From Nemertoderma westbladi (taxonomy: Eukaryota; Animalia; Xenacoelomorpha): 41,443 bases of DNA. The stretch lies in NCBI GenBank assembly GCA_032718475.1, contig JAUCBJ010008674.1, positions 1 to 41,443 of the forward strand. The letters are read 5' to 3'. Under the pieces are notes generated by a model that was not told the DNA's origin, did not search any database, and saw nothing but the letters and a program-made list of their open reading frames with translations. The stretch's first letter is position 1; each line of letters opens with the position of its first letter. Below, in pieces: positions 12,958 through 24,107 of the stretch. Position numbers and translations under genes: made by a program.

Positions 12958-13645
12958 AAATTATAAACATATATTAAAATATTACTATACCTATTTTAAA
13001 GTGACGATTTTTAGAGGTGGGCGCGGCGGAGTGTAGAATTCCATTACATGTTACCTGCAAATAAAATGAAGTGAAATTTGATACTTTTTGTATAGCTCTA
13101 TTAATAATTATTAATATTTATTCATTTGTGACAGGCACCACATATTCTTATATATGATTGTTTGTGAAGTGTGATTAGCACCTTATTAAATTGCGTTAAG
13201 TTGTTCCCTGGCACCATCCAATAATACAGTGTTCTGCTTTACAAAGTGGAAATAGCTGCAAAGGCTCTACCAAAACCATTCATGATTTAATGAATTCGTG
13301 ACTTTTAATGTCAATGGAAGCCTGACCGCCATCATCAGTGATAATGAACTAAACAACGTTGACCCCTTCCCTTCCAGTACCTTGGATCATTGATAAAGAA
13401 ACAGCAGAAAAAAACATAGAACTTAGGGCATGGATATGGATAGCTCTATCAAAAAGGTTCTCATGAACTTGTAGAGAGCCTTGTGCTGTCATCGTTTGAT
13501 TGGATAATATTTCACATATTGAATTGAACTAGCCTTTATGAATAATTGTAGAAAAATTCTCACCTTGCTCTGGGCTGGTGCTAGAGGTGACTGAGTAATG
13601 GTCTGGTTTCGGTATTATTAATAGCAGTATTTTTATTTTTCAAAA

Positions 13646-13748
13646 CTGGGGCATTTGTACCATAAATCTGGAGCATTTTTACCATAAAGTTGGAACATTT
13701 GTACCATAAAGTTGGAGCATTTGTACCATAAAGCTGGTGCAATTGTCA
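13646..13748. repeat. 22-bp tandem repeat (YTGGAGCATTTGTACCATAAAG), about 4.5 copies
   Basis: Directly visible. Confidence 0.92.
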
Positions 13749-13947
13749 TGTCCAGGATCCAGCTGATGTTTGAGTACTGCCCAAACAGTATTCAAATATC
13801 AACTTTTTTATCAATAGTAGTAATAATATTTTGTACTTTTCCTTCCAGTTTTCAAGATACGATAATGAGGATCCAATTTATAATCGACCCAAAAACAACG
13901 GCTTCATTCCTAAGCCGAGTAGCCGACCGTCGCCTGCTGGTCTCTTT

Positions 13948-14035
13948 AGAGGGGGGAACGCCGGGAGATACAAAGTTCCAGAAGGTCGATAGGAGGGGGG
14001 AACGCCGGGAGATACAAGTTCCAGAAGGTCGATAG
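13948..14035. repeat. Tandem duplication of about 44 bp (GGGGGGAACGCCGGGAGATACAAAGTTCCAGAAGGTCGATAG x2)
   Basis: Directly visible. Confidence 0.92.
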
Positions 14036-15774
14036 AATTATGTGCACCACCTGTTCCGATGACTACCGAAATGTGAATAGTTTAAACAAAAAATAAAATA
14101 TGTTTTATATGTTGGTTATGGTCATTCTGTTCACTGATTAACAATCATTAACATTTATCAAAATAGTTATGATTAGGCCTACTATTGACCAGACAACTGA
14201 GCTTCATCTAAAATTAATGGAAATAAACCTTTAAATCGTATTTATTTGGACACTATATTATCAGTGACTGTATCATTTTGCTCACCTTAACTTTAATTTA
14301 ATCTAAAATATTGTTAATTTAAATGTAACCTATGCTTTCATCGAATATGGTTATTAGTGTATGTTTAACATTATTGATTTGGTTAAAATATATTGTAATA
14401 TTTGTAATACATTATTTTTGAGAGTCAAATATTGTATAAACAATTATTGAATGTGGAGCAAATGATTATTTCATCGACGATCCAGGTTCCTCGAGTTATA
14501 CCAACTCAACTTGAACTCCTCTCCTGTCTGCAATTTGGCCTGTACTGCAATGTACTGGATTTTCTTCCATATTTCTGGTATGTCAATTGGGTATGTCATC
14601 GTACAATAATTAGGTAGCCATTGTTCCTGGATTCATGTGTAGTTGTTAGTAACTGAATCCGGCCACTGGGTTTCTGGGGTTAGTCTTGGTTACCGACTTT
14701 TGGTTTGTATAAGTGCTATGGGACGACGGACTTCCGCCCTAACACCAAGGTTGAACAAGGTTGAAAGGAGGTTTGAAACTCAGATCTGCCACAGTTCTCA
14801 CTAACTCCAAATATCAGTATAATTGAGGTTGCAGACAGCACAGTATAGCCCGGAGTCTGCTCGAGCAAATATCGAATGTGAGCAAAAACATACAAATCTG
14901 ACTAGGCTCCTATTGTTAAACACCTAAGACACTAAAATAAGTAACTGAAAGTTAACAAGAGTAAATTAATGATAATTATAATATATGATAAAAGTGAAGG
15001 TGAGGCCAAATAACATACTGAATATCTACAAATGGCAGTTCCCTGTTACGGGATTAACCCTATAATATGCACTTCAACACCTCAGAAGCCAATATGCCAT
15101 CTTATTGGCCATCAGCCATTTTACGGCAGTTATTATCACCCACCAATAAGGGGATTGCAACCTAATAAGTCAAGGTAGCAATTAAGGCCTTCCTGCCAAA
15201 CAGTCACAATCACATGTTGCTCCAGCTAGGCCAATGTCATACAATAACTGTGTAATATTGTTTATACATTGTGCATAGAGTTGTACAGGGATTAGTCACA
15301 GGGATAGACGAACCTCTAATATATTTTTGCTAATAATCTAGAGGGAATGCTGGAGATTAGATTACCCAAACATTGATTAATCATATTTATTGTCACTGCT
15401 ACTCAACCAATTTGTAGCTAGTGATAGCATCCAATCAGAGCCTATAAGGTTTGACATACATTGCCTAAACCAGCGGTCCCGAATGAACACCTATATAGTA
15501 TTGCACATTAGACATTGTACCTAACTTCTTCAGCTATAGTTCCTGCAGCGAAATCCATAGTTGTTATTACGAACAAAGACTGACTTATAGTTTTCAACGT
15601 GTACCACTGTCCCGCACAAGCCCAGACTGGGGCATTAGCTAGTTATCTATCTGCATTATATTTACTGTTATACTGTTTATTAACGATTATTATATTATAA
15701 TTATATGTTATACGATTACGATTACGATTATACGATTAATTATATGTTTATATATATTTATTAACAATATATGT

Positions 15775-16301
15775 GGAAGTTAAAGACGAAACTAGCTGAA
15801 TTTTCACCAAGATCCAGAACTATTGTTGTTGTTAACATATTAATGTTAATATTCAATCCACATATGAACCCCGATCAAAAAATAACTCGGCATATTATAA
15901 AAACAAGCCATTCCTGGAAATACTGACGACACAACTTACAAATCCTAAATACCGAGCACCCCACTAGATATAAAGCAAAAACAAGCTATCTTATAGACAT
16001 TTCCATAACCACCTCAAATAAAACAGATAACTACTATATTGAATGCAATACATTTCCGGCTGACTCTTCCGATCACGAATTTATAGTACTGAAATCCAAA
16101 CACGAAACCAGTATATACACAGTTAAATTCCGCGATCTTTCACATTTTAATGAATCTGATTTTCTTAATGAAATTAGTAAAATTGACTGGACGAATAATT
16201 ATTTTACAAGCAATGTAGATTATGTTTATGACAACTTCGAAAATAAATTAAATGAAATATATGATAACCATGCACCAATTAAAACTAAACGCATACGAGC
16301 C
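15775..16301 (+). mobile_element. CR1/L2-group LINE ORF2, 5' portion (end of APE), interrupted by the LTR element
   Basis: HPTRYKAKTSYLIDI..SSDHEFI..FRDLSHFNESDFLNEISKIDW..DNHAPIKTKRIRA. The frame continues after the LTR element once one TSD copy is removed. Confidence 0.82.
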
Positions 16302-17558
16302 TGTAAAAGCTTCTGTGGGATATAACTGGCCCTTTTGCTTCGCAATCCAGTTTCCCCCCAGGCGCTGGAATACTCTAAAAAGGTTCTCTAACTGTACATA
16401 TATTCCCCTCGCCCGCAAGGTACCGTTACAGGTGTTTTAACGGACATAAAAGTCATTCTGCTATATACGTGTTTTAGCGGACATGGTAAGGCAAAAAACC
16501 CGCAATATGGCAAATACTTTTACACAGCTTAGCCGTGATGATTCAGATTACGACATCTAGCAGCTGGTTGCTGACATGGAAACAGCCATTGGACGCGTGG
16601 TTCTTTGTTTGGCTTGAGCCAATCAGGGCGATTTTTCCTGTCGACGTGTAGCTTTTCGGCCGATCATAAAGAGAGTGTTCAGTCTTACAGTTTTTACTGA
16701 TACTTTGTTGTTATTGCTGTCTAAGCCAGAAACACCGGCTCTAGAGTTAATTCTTTTCATACTTTAAGAAGAAACATTAGTAGGCTTAAATTATAGAGCG
16801 TATGACTGTTATCAGTCAAATCCATTCACAATTCAATACTTTGTTGTTATTACTGTTCAACATACATTATTATACTGCTATTTACTGTTGTGTTTGGTTG
16901 AATATTATTTGGAGAACATATATAAAGAACCCAAATTTCCCAATTTTCTTGATACACTACAGGTTAGAGAGACGGGTTATATATATAGCGATTGCGACTT
17001 ATATTGTTGTGGTTTGTAGTGAATTTAATGCTATTTGATAAGCACTACATTGGTCCGTTGCTATTCCCTTTATATATGATAAAATACATTGACGGGCGGC
17101 AAATTAATGAGCAGTATTGTGTGTTACCGGTAGTGTGCATGATTGTGACCGATAACTAAGCATTTCCTAAAGAATGCGACTCATACGTGAATCATAAGCC
17201 TTACCGACTTACCGTTGTGATTGGTATAAGTCATATCTCTGTTTACTTAGATAGAGCGCCACGTCCTAAAAGGAACTGTTAATATTTCCCGAAAGTGAAT
17301 AATATTAGTCAGAAATTAATTATTAATGATCAATCGAATAATACAATACCGTAAGCTTCACTGCAATAATAATCTAAGCCCTCAGAATCCAGTCTCCCGG
17401 GATTATCCAGCGGGTGAATGGACGCGCACTAGGCTGGCTTCTGCTAATGTTGTGTTTATTGGTATTAAATATTGTCATTTTCTAGAGTCGATTTATAAAC
17501 CAAAAGACATATAAATTTTGGCAGGTTAAACTGCTAAAGGTCTTCAAAAGCGCGTACA
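16302..17558 (+). repeat. 5' LTR
   Basis: TGTAAAAGC...GCGCGTACA. About 4 substitutions relative to the 3' LTR, found by eye. Confidence 0.97.
16587..16685 (+). promoter_or_regulatory. Candidate LTR core promoter (CCAAT boxes and an Inr-like TCAGT)
   Basis: Reverse CCAAT (ATTGG) near 16588, AGCCAATCAG near 16617-16626, TCAGT near 16679. Motif match only. Confidence 0.4.
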
Positions 17559-17569
17559 ATAACAGTCAT
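17559..17569 (+). other. Non-tRNA primer-binding site, ATAACAGTCAT (putative self-priming)
   Basis: Abuts the LTR end, lacks TGG, and is the exact reverse complement of ATGACTGTTAT at 16802-16812 (27067-27077 in the 3' LTR). Confidence 0.75.
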
Positions 17570-19054
17570 TGACTTTATTGCAGTAAGCAATAAAGTTGAA
17601 AGTACCGATCGACCGGTAAACCTGAACCGGCACTTCTGTAGGTCCGTAGGCCCAACTGTCCTAACCGGTACTTCCAGTATAAGTACATTAGTATTATTCG
17701 ATTTTGATTATTGTATACCGGTAGGTCTTAGTATTTAATCAGGGACTGCAGCCCTGGTTTTTTATTGAGATTTTACTCATTTCTGTCGGTTTTATTTACA
17801 TGTAAGTTAATATTGAGCTGAAGACGTGTAAGTCTGCTCAGATTGTTCAGATAATTGTAGGCTGAGCTGCTGTCTGACTGTTGTTGGGTTTGGAGAGATT
17901 ACGGCGTGTGTAGAGTTTGTCTGATAAAGTGCAGTTAGTAAGTTGGGGCAGCCATATGCTGCAAGGTCAATCCCCTCTTAAAGAATAAGTCGTACTACCG
18001 TGTTAGAACGCATACTAACTAACTATTTCAGAATCTACACGTACGGTAGTTTATTTAGGCTTGGTGGTAGTCTGCCAGCGTTTTGGTTTGTATTTGTTTG
18101 AGTATTCTGTACGGGTAGTGTAATATTTATTATTCAGAGTTTATGCGATTATTCGCAACATTCATGTCCCCAAGTTTATTCCTACAGTAATTGTGTTTGT
18201 TATACATACCGTTATAGTTAAATTAACCTCGGTACTACACGGGCTGCTTGGCGTAGGACAAGACTGGTGACTTTGTGCCCTGGTCACTCCAGCAGATGCC
18301 GTGGTTCTTTTAACTGTTCAAGTATATTTAACTACTGATTATTTGTTATACCGGTACTTGTACCTAATTTAGGGTTTAGTGTACAGTGCTTTCCGAAGTA
18401 ATTAGTGTAGGTAGTATATTTGTGTTGTAAAGTGGTTGATAGGCACATTCGTTAGCTCTATTAGCTTCTGGGTAGGAACAATCCGTGATACATAACGTAG
18501 TACCTATAGCGATACGGTTATAGGTCGTCAGGCGGTGGTATTTTCCTATCTGGACAGTACAATATATTTACTACTTATTATTTCAAATACCGTAGTACCC
18601 TGTTCGTTGTAAGAAGCCGATCTAACCCTTTGTTAGGCTGGTTTGTAGATTTCCTGTAAAATTACCCTAAAAATTTCGTACGTAATATTTTTGTTGTGTT
18701 TAATTAGAGAATTAATCTCACCCGTATCGTAAGTAATTTGTAGTATTAAGTAACTTAGGTAAATTAGAATTATCAGTTTTAGTGTCAAATAAATAGCACT
18801 TCACTGAGAGCGCACAGCTTCTGTGTAGTGACCCCCAGAAATAATAACATTTATTTCAAATATTGACAAAAAACCCATTTAAACGGGTATATAAATATTA
18901 TAAATCAAATCAAACGATTTATAAATAGTAGGCCTGCCATACGACAACTAGGTCTCACTATCAGTTGGACTACTGCTTAAATAACGGTAATAAAGTAAGT
19001 TAAAGTAACTAAGTAACCCTAAAATATTCAGGAATTCAATTATTCTAAAAAATA

Positions 19055-19355
19055 ATTGACATACCGGTACTTACCATAGGCTTATTATATTTATCTCTAT
19101 AAATTTGAGCTGAAATCATACCGGTACTCTGTCATTAATTCTAGTTCATAATTATACTTACATGCTGTAAGTGTAAGCTGTATACCGGTATTCATTATAG
19201 GCCTACTATATATATATATATTTGTGCTAAAATTATATACCGGTACTCTGTGACAAATCTAGTCTGTAATAATACTTATATATATATTATAAGCATACCG
19301 GTATTCTAATATATTATATATATATCACGCTACACTGAGTAGCAGTATCGGTAAT
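19055..19355. repeat. Degenerate tandem repeat (about 119-bp dimer of about 59-bp units) centred on palindromic TACCGGTA
   Basis: TACCGGTA at 19062, 19119, 19183, 19238 and 19296, with a degenerate copy at 19346. Confidence 0.8.
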
Positions 19356-19440
19356 TAATTATTAGGCTAACAGTGATACTGAATTACTAGACTTGCTTTA
19401 ACTGTAATATAGCAGTAGGCATTCGACTGTACAATCAAAC

Positions 19441-22400
19441 ATGGCTGACACAAGGCAAACTCTGTCAGATAGTCTCCTAGAAACAACAGCCTGTTTCTCA
19501 GATCAAAGTGTAGAGAATCCCAGACCGAGGTCTGAAACCCCTCATACTGTAAGAAGGGCAACCCCTGCAGTGGTTGTGACAGAACCTAGGTTGGTAGAAA
19601 AGATTTCGCAATTTGCGAAGTTAGTGAAGCGCCGTTGGTCTGCCATAGGCACTCGGGCCCAAGTCAAGCGGGATCAAGAAGAAGCTATAAAACAGCAGCA
19701 ACCTCCTAGCCAAGAACCTGGTCCTCAGCGGTCCGATAGCTCCAGTAGTTCGGATACTGTTGAGCGGACGCCAGAATGCGGAGCGAAGATGGCGGATACG
19801 GTTTATGATGGGCAGCCAGCCTGTGGGGAATCAACCGACGCCACTTCTTCTCAAGTGGAAAGTGAGGTGGAAAGCGAAGTGGAAAGTGAGGTGGAAAGCG
19901 AAGTGGAAAGCGAGGTGGAAAGCGAAGTGGAAAGCGAATTAACATCAGCAGAGAAGCCGCGAACTAGAGATGCTATCGACATTTATTTGTCCGACTATCA
20001 GCGATTCCTAGGAGACGAAGAGTTGAGGAGACGGCTGTCTGGACTTTCCCCTAATAGTGAAGGAACCAAGCTTGTGTTGGACTCAATCGATGCCGAAATG
20101 TTAGCTGCAAACCAAGCTGAATGTGATGAAAAACTCCGCCTCACTAGAGTCCGAGAAGAGCAAGTAAAGAAAGAACTGATAGAGAGAAGAAGGGTAGCAG
20201 CAGCAAAAGCGGCAGAAGCAGAAGCAGAAAGAAAAACGGCGGAAGCCGAAAGAAAGGCAACAGTGGCAGAAGCAGAACGGAGAGCGTCTGAGGAGACTAC
20301 CCAACTGGAGTTGGAAAATCTGCAAGAGACACAAGACAGTATAAATAAACAGTTTACTGCTAATCAAATGCAGATGATGAGAAAATCTACTCCCAGGCGC
20401 CAGGGATACACATCCTCGGAGGAAGGCGATACTACCGATCCTGAAGGCGGAGGAAATAGATCTCGTCTAAGCAGGCGTAGAAAAACATCTCACCGTCATA
20501 AACTGCCTGATTTGCCCCCAGCTGTCAGAAGACAACTAGCTAGCACAGACTTAGGTAGTACAGAACCCACAGAACAAATTATTCAGGTCACAAGACTCCC
20601 TACAATAGTTGATGAGCCTGAAATAATTAGGCCTGTCGTTCCCAAAGTCACTTCTGTGTTAGAGACCCCTGTACTTCCAGAGCTTAACTCTAAATTCCCT
20701 TTACATAGTACTACACTGCCTGTACCCGGTGGAACAGTCCATGCAAATACCCCTGTCCAGATAGCAGAGAGAGAAATCAATAATTTGTCTCCCGTCGTCC
20801 CGCGTCAGCCCGCTACTATGTTGGCGACTCCCGCTTCGGCGGTTGAGTGGGTAGAGGAGGGACGGCGGGGGATGAATCTCCTGCTAGGACAGATGCAGGA
20901 GACTGTCCACCAACTTAAGGGAACAGTGAGGGAAGGTAGAGCAGAGTTGCAAGAAGTGCAGCAAAGTATCGCACTAGAACGCGACAAATTAGTCAATATC
21001 CAAAAGGGCATACCAATACCCCCTGTAACATTGTGTCAACCTGTTAGGTCTGAAGTATTACATGCGCAAGGTGTGGAGCCTACACGCATCTATACTGCTA
21101 GTGAAGTAGAAACTCCTATAGCAAACCCTATTAAGGGTGATTATAGACCTGTTATTAATGATATTCCCTATAGACCTGATAATGATCCGAGAAATTTATA
21201 TACCGATAATTCGATATTAAATAACACGATGGCCCAAGAAAGCTTTACGCGTCAGATGGCTAGAACAGAAGCCCGCCAAGCGGTCAAAGTGGGAGAGATC
21301 GTCAAATTCAATGGAGATGAGATGAAATGGTTACCTTTCAACGAATATTACAAAGATAGCATACAGAACTCTGTACTATCTAACGGAGAGAAACTTAGAT
21401 TCCTCATCAAGTGCTTGGAAGGACCTCCCAAGTTAATGGCGTTAAAGTTTATTGGACATCCAGATGGATTAAGACAAGTTTGGGATACATTAAACATCAG
21501 GTATGGTAACAAGGATAACATAGCTAAGTATTTGTATGCAAAATTAGTAGCCCCCCGACACTTCCTTAGTAGCGGGATTATAGAGTTTTCCGATGAAATT
21601 CAAGAGATCTGTAGACAACTGGACTGGTTAGGTAAGTCGCATGAATATCAGAGTTCCATGGTCATTGGAGCCGTAGTCTCTACTTTACCAAAGGGTGGAG
21701 TATGTACGCGCTGGGACAAGAAAGTGTTGTACATGAATGAACAACAACGCCGAAGCCCTACCATGGCTGATCTCATGTCCTTCTTAGATAGTGAAGTAAA
21801 ATTACAACTCATAAGGCAGTCCAGAGAGAAAACATCGGAAAATAAGGTAAGTGAGAAACCCGTTTCTAGGAGAAGGATAATACCAGTGTGTTATACTGAC
21901 GACGGCGAAAGCCAAGCTTCTCAAGAAGAGGACAGCGGGAAAGACACCGAACGATCTTACTATGACAACAAGACCTATAAAGACGTAAGTAAATACAAGT
22001 CTCGAACCAGTGACAGGAGAGAACAGGTAACAACAACTCCTCCTACGTCTCCTAAGAGAATTCACGGAAGAAAGCCCGAAGAAAGAACGAGAGTGCAGAA
22101 CGTTAACCAAGTTAAGGTGAGTAACATCAAACCAAAATGTGCGCTGTGCGACGGGCCCCACCGTTTGAGTGCGTGTGCAGAATTCCTAAAGAAATCCATG
22201 GCAGATAGACGTGGAGTCCTGTGGGATAAGCGGTTATGTTATAACTGTCTCAGACGCGGACACCAGCGGCGAACCTGTTACTCTGACGCAAGGTGTGCTA
22301 AGTGCGGCGCGAAACATCATAGCCTGTTGCACACGGAATTCGAACGAAACAGCCCGAGTCAGGTAAGTGAGCCCAAATCACATGTCCAATTCAGTGATGT

Positions 22401-23571
22401 GAACGACACTGACCAAAGTTCAGAGTGGGAAGGATTCTATACGGACGAATTCTCCGATGCCAACGAATCCTGTTATCTAATAAATACCGCAGTGTATCGA
22501 GCACTTACTTACGAAAAGGACATCAACGATGAGTTTCCCCCAACCACCTTTGACAAACAACCATCTTGGAAAGCTCCAGCTTCCAACGTAGGAATCAGAG
22601 AATTTCCTGTAGTTCAAGTAAGAGTTCACGGTCTTAACAAAAGCTACATAGTGAACGCCCTCCTTGACTCCGGCAGCACAGGAACATTCATCGATCAAGA
22701 ACTAGCCGAAGATATCTTTGCTGGACAACCCAAGTTCCGGACTAAATTAAATATGTCAGGAATTATGCAGGTTTGGAAATCTACCCTAACGGCAGATTAC
22801 TATGTAGGTGTGTTGTCCACCCCCCAGGATAAGTTAGGAACACAAGCGATAAGGTCAGTAAAAATGGTGGCTATAAAGAACTTTGCTACTACTCAAGCAG
22901 AACCTTATAACTGGGACGAGGACGAGTGCATCCAACATCTTGAGATACCTCGATTCCAAACCGATTATCCTGGAGTGCAAATCCTCATCGGCCAAAACGC
23001 GCATGAGGCGCTCGAGACATTGGAGAAACGGCCTGCTCAACCGCAGCCATTACAAACTTATGCGGTAAGAACTAGAGTAGGTTGGTACTTCACTGGCCCT
23101 TCCCGTAGAACTCTCAAAGAGAGATTACCTCAACAACAGGTATACCAAGTAAAGGAATGGGAAGTGGAGAGCAGTGATGTGGACGATCCAACTGAGGGAA
23201 CACCATACTCCTCAGATAATGACGATATTAACTCCAATGTAGATCAATGGAGACATTGCCTTGGGACGATTAATCCAGCCGACATTGCTTCCAGAGGAGC
23301 AACTCCTCAAGAACTGATAGATAATCCAGGCTGGTTAGGTGGATCCGACTTCTTAAGTAAAGAAGAAGAAGAATGGCCTCCTCATCTTACCACGGCGGAG
23401 GTTAGACAGGCCAAGGGAGCGGAGAAAGTAACACAACAACTCAATCGCCCAGCTAGTCGTTTATGTTTACTGGAAAGAGACCAAAAACTGTCCGGAAACT
23501 ATGGAAGGCAAGATACTCTTCCTACGACCACTTCCCTAATCCGACAAATATCTAGGGACTCTATAACGTAA
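19441..23571 (+). CDS. gag: BEL/Pao Gag-aspartic protease polyprotein with an RNase H C-terminal remnant; RT and integrase absent
   Basis: Capsid-like KFNGDEMKWLPF..EKLRFLIKCLEG..LNIRYGN. BEL triple knuckle CALCDGPHRLSAC, CYNCLRRGHQRRTC and CAKCGAKHHSLLH. Protease ALLDSGSTGTFI..ILIG..RTRVGW. QWRHCLGTINPADIASRG..WLGGSDFL..EEWP. No YxDD or integrase core. Confidence 0.93.
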   Translation: MADTRQTLSDSLLETTACFSDQSVENPRPRSETPHTVRRATPAVVVTEPRLVEKISQFAKLVKRRWSAIGTRAQVKRDQEEAIKQQQPPSQEPGPQRSDSSSSSDTVERTPECGAKMADTVYDGQPACGESTDATSSQVESEVESEVESEVESEVESEVESEVESELTSAEKPRTRDAIDIYLSDYQRFLGDEELRRRLSGLSPNSEGTKLVLDSIDAEMLAANQAECDEKLRLTRVREEQVKKELIERRRVAAAKAAEAEAERKTAEAERKATVAEAERRASEETTQLELENLQETQDSINKQFTANQMQMMRKSTPRRQGYTSSEEGDTTDPEGGGNRSRLSRRRKTSHRHKLPDLPPAVRRQLASTDLGSTEPTEQIIQVTRLPTIVDEPEIIRPVVPKVTSVLETPVLPELNSKFPLHSTTLPVPGGTVHANTPVQIAEREINNLSPVVPRQPATMLATPASAVEWVEEGRRGMNLLLGQMQETVHQLKGTVREGRAELQEVQQSIALERDKLVNIQKGIPIPPVTLCQPVRSEVLHAQGVEPTRIYTASEVETPIANPIKGDYRPVINDIPYRPDNDPRNLYTDNSILNNTMAQESFTRQMARTEARQAVKVGEIVKFNGDEMKWLPFNEYYKDSIQNSVLSNGEKLRFLIKCLEGPPKLMALKFIGHPDGLRQVWDTLNIRYGNKDNIAKYLYAKLVAPRHFLSSGIIEFSDEIQEICRQLDWLGKSHEYQSSMVIGAVVSTLPKGGVCTRWDKKVLYMNEQQRRSPTMADLMSFLDSEVKLQLIRQSREKTSENKVSEKPVSRRRIIPVCYTDDGESQASQEEDSGKDTERSYYDNKTYKDVSKYKSRTSDRREQVTTTPPTSPKRIHGRKPEERTRVQNVNQVKVSNIKPKCALCDGPHRLSACAEFLKKSMADRRGVLWDKRLCYNCLRRGHQRRTCYSDARCAKCGAKHHSLLHTEFERNSPSQVSEPKSHVQFSDVNDTDQSSEWEGFYTDEFSDANESCYLINTAVYRALTYEKDINDEFPPTTFDKQPSWKAPASNVGIREFPVVQVRVHGLNKSYIVNALLDSGSTGTFIDQELAEDIFAGQPKFRTKLNMSGIMQVWKSTLTADYYVGVLSTPQDKLGTQAIRSVKMVAIKNFATTQAEPYNWDEDECIQHLEIPRFQTDYPGVQILIGQNAHEALETLEKRPAQPQPLQTYAVRTRVGWYFTGPSRRTLKERLPQQQVYQVKEWEVESSDVDDPTEGTPYSSDNDDINSNVDQWRHCLGTINPADIASRGATPQELIDNPGWLGGSDFLSKEEEEWPPHLTTAEVRQAKGAEKVTQQLNRPASRLCLLERDQKLSGNYGRQDTLPTTTSLIRQISRDSIT
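19855..19938 (+). repeat. Coding 12-bp tandem repeat (GTGGAAAGYGAR)x7, encoding (VESE)7
   Basis: Directly visible, in frame within gag. Confidence 0.95.
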
Positions 23572-24107
23572 TAACATATGGAGTGGGCGTGTGACTATAT
23601 CATTTTATATTTGTTTTTATTTTATATTTATGTATGTATTATTATGTAATTTTATTATAATCGTTTTCTTTAATTTTATTTAGTAGAATGTTATTTTAGT
23701 GATTATTTAGTAGATTAGTGCAATATATTAGTGTTTATTACGTATGTAATTACTTATAATATATATTTAGTGCGACGGCGAGAAATAATTATTTTTCTCT
23801 TTCCTTACTGTCCGTATCATATTATAAATACGTGACTACAGTAAGATGAAATGTCCGTACTTATTAAAGTACAATAAAGCCACTACTATATTCAAGTATT
23901 ATTGGTAGGCAGAGTATTAGGAATGCAAAGTTCAGATCCTCGTGTCTCGGCTAAACCAAGCTCTGGGTAGACCTTGGAAACGACTTGCCTCTTCACACTG
24001 ACATTGCTTCGTGCGATATTGCTCTTCTACCTTATATTAAATAATACATATAGTAGCGTGATGTCCATATAACAGTAGCGTAAAACGCAAATAAATCTGT
24101 TAAACTT

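Noticed and set aside
14430-14660. Faint APE-like peptide pieces on the minus strand
   Set aside because: Too degraded to support without an alignment.
16802-17038. 78-aa ORF present twice (also 27067-27303)
   Set aside because: It lies inside the LTRs, has AT-rich noncoding-like composition, and its duplication is explained by the LTRs.
19055-19355. CRISPR-like repeat-spacer array
   Set aside because: The conserved part is only 8-10 bp and alternate spacers are homologous, so this is a decayed tandem repeat.
23930-23960. HDV-like ribozyme loop TCCTCGT
   Set aside because: P3, P1 and P1.1 pairings could not be assembled.
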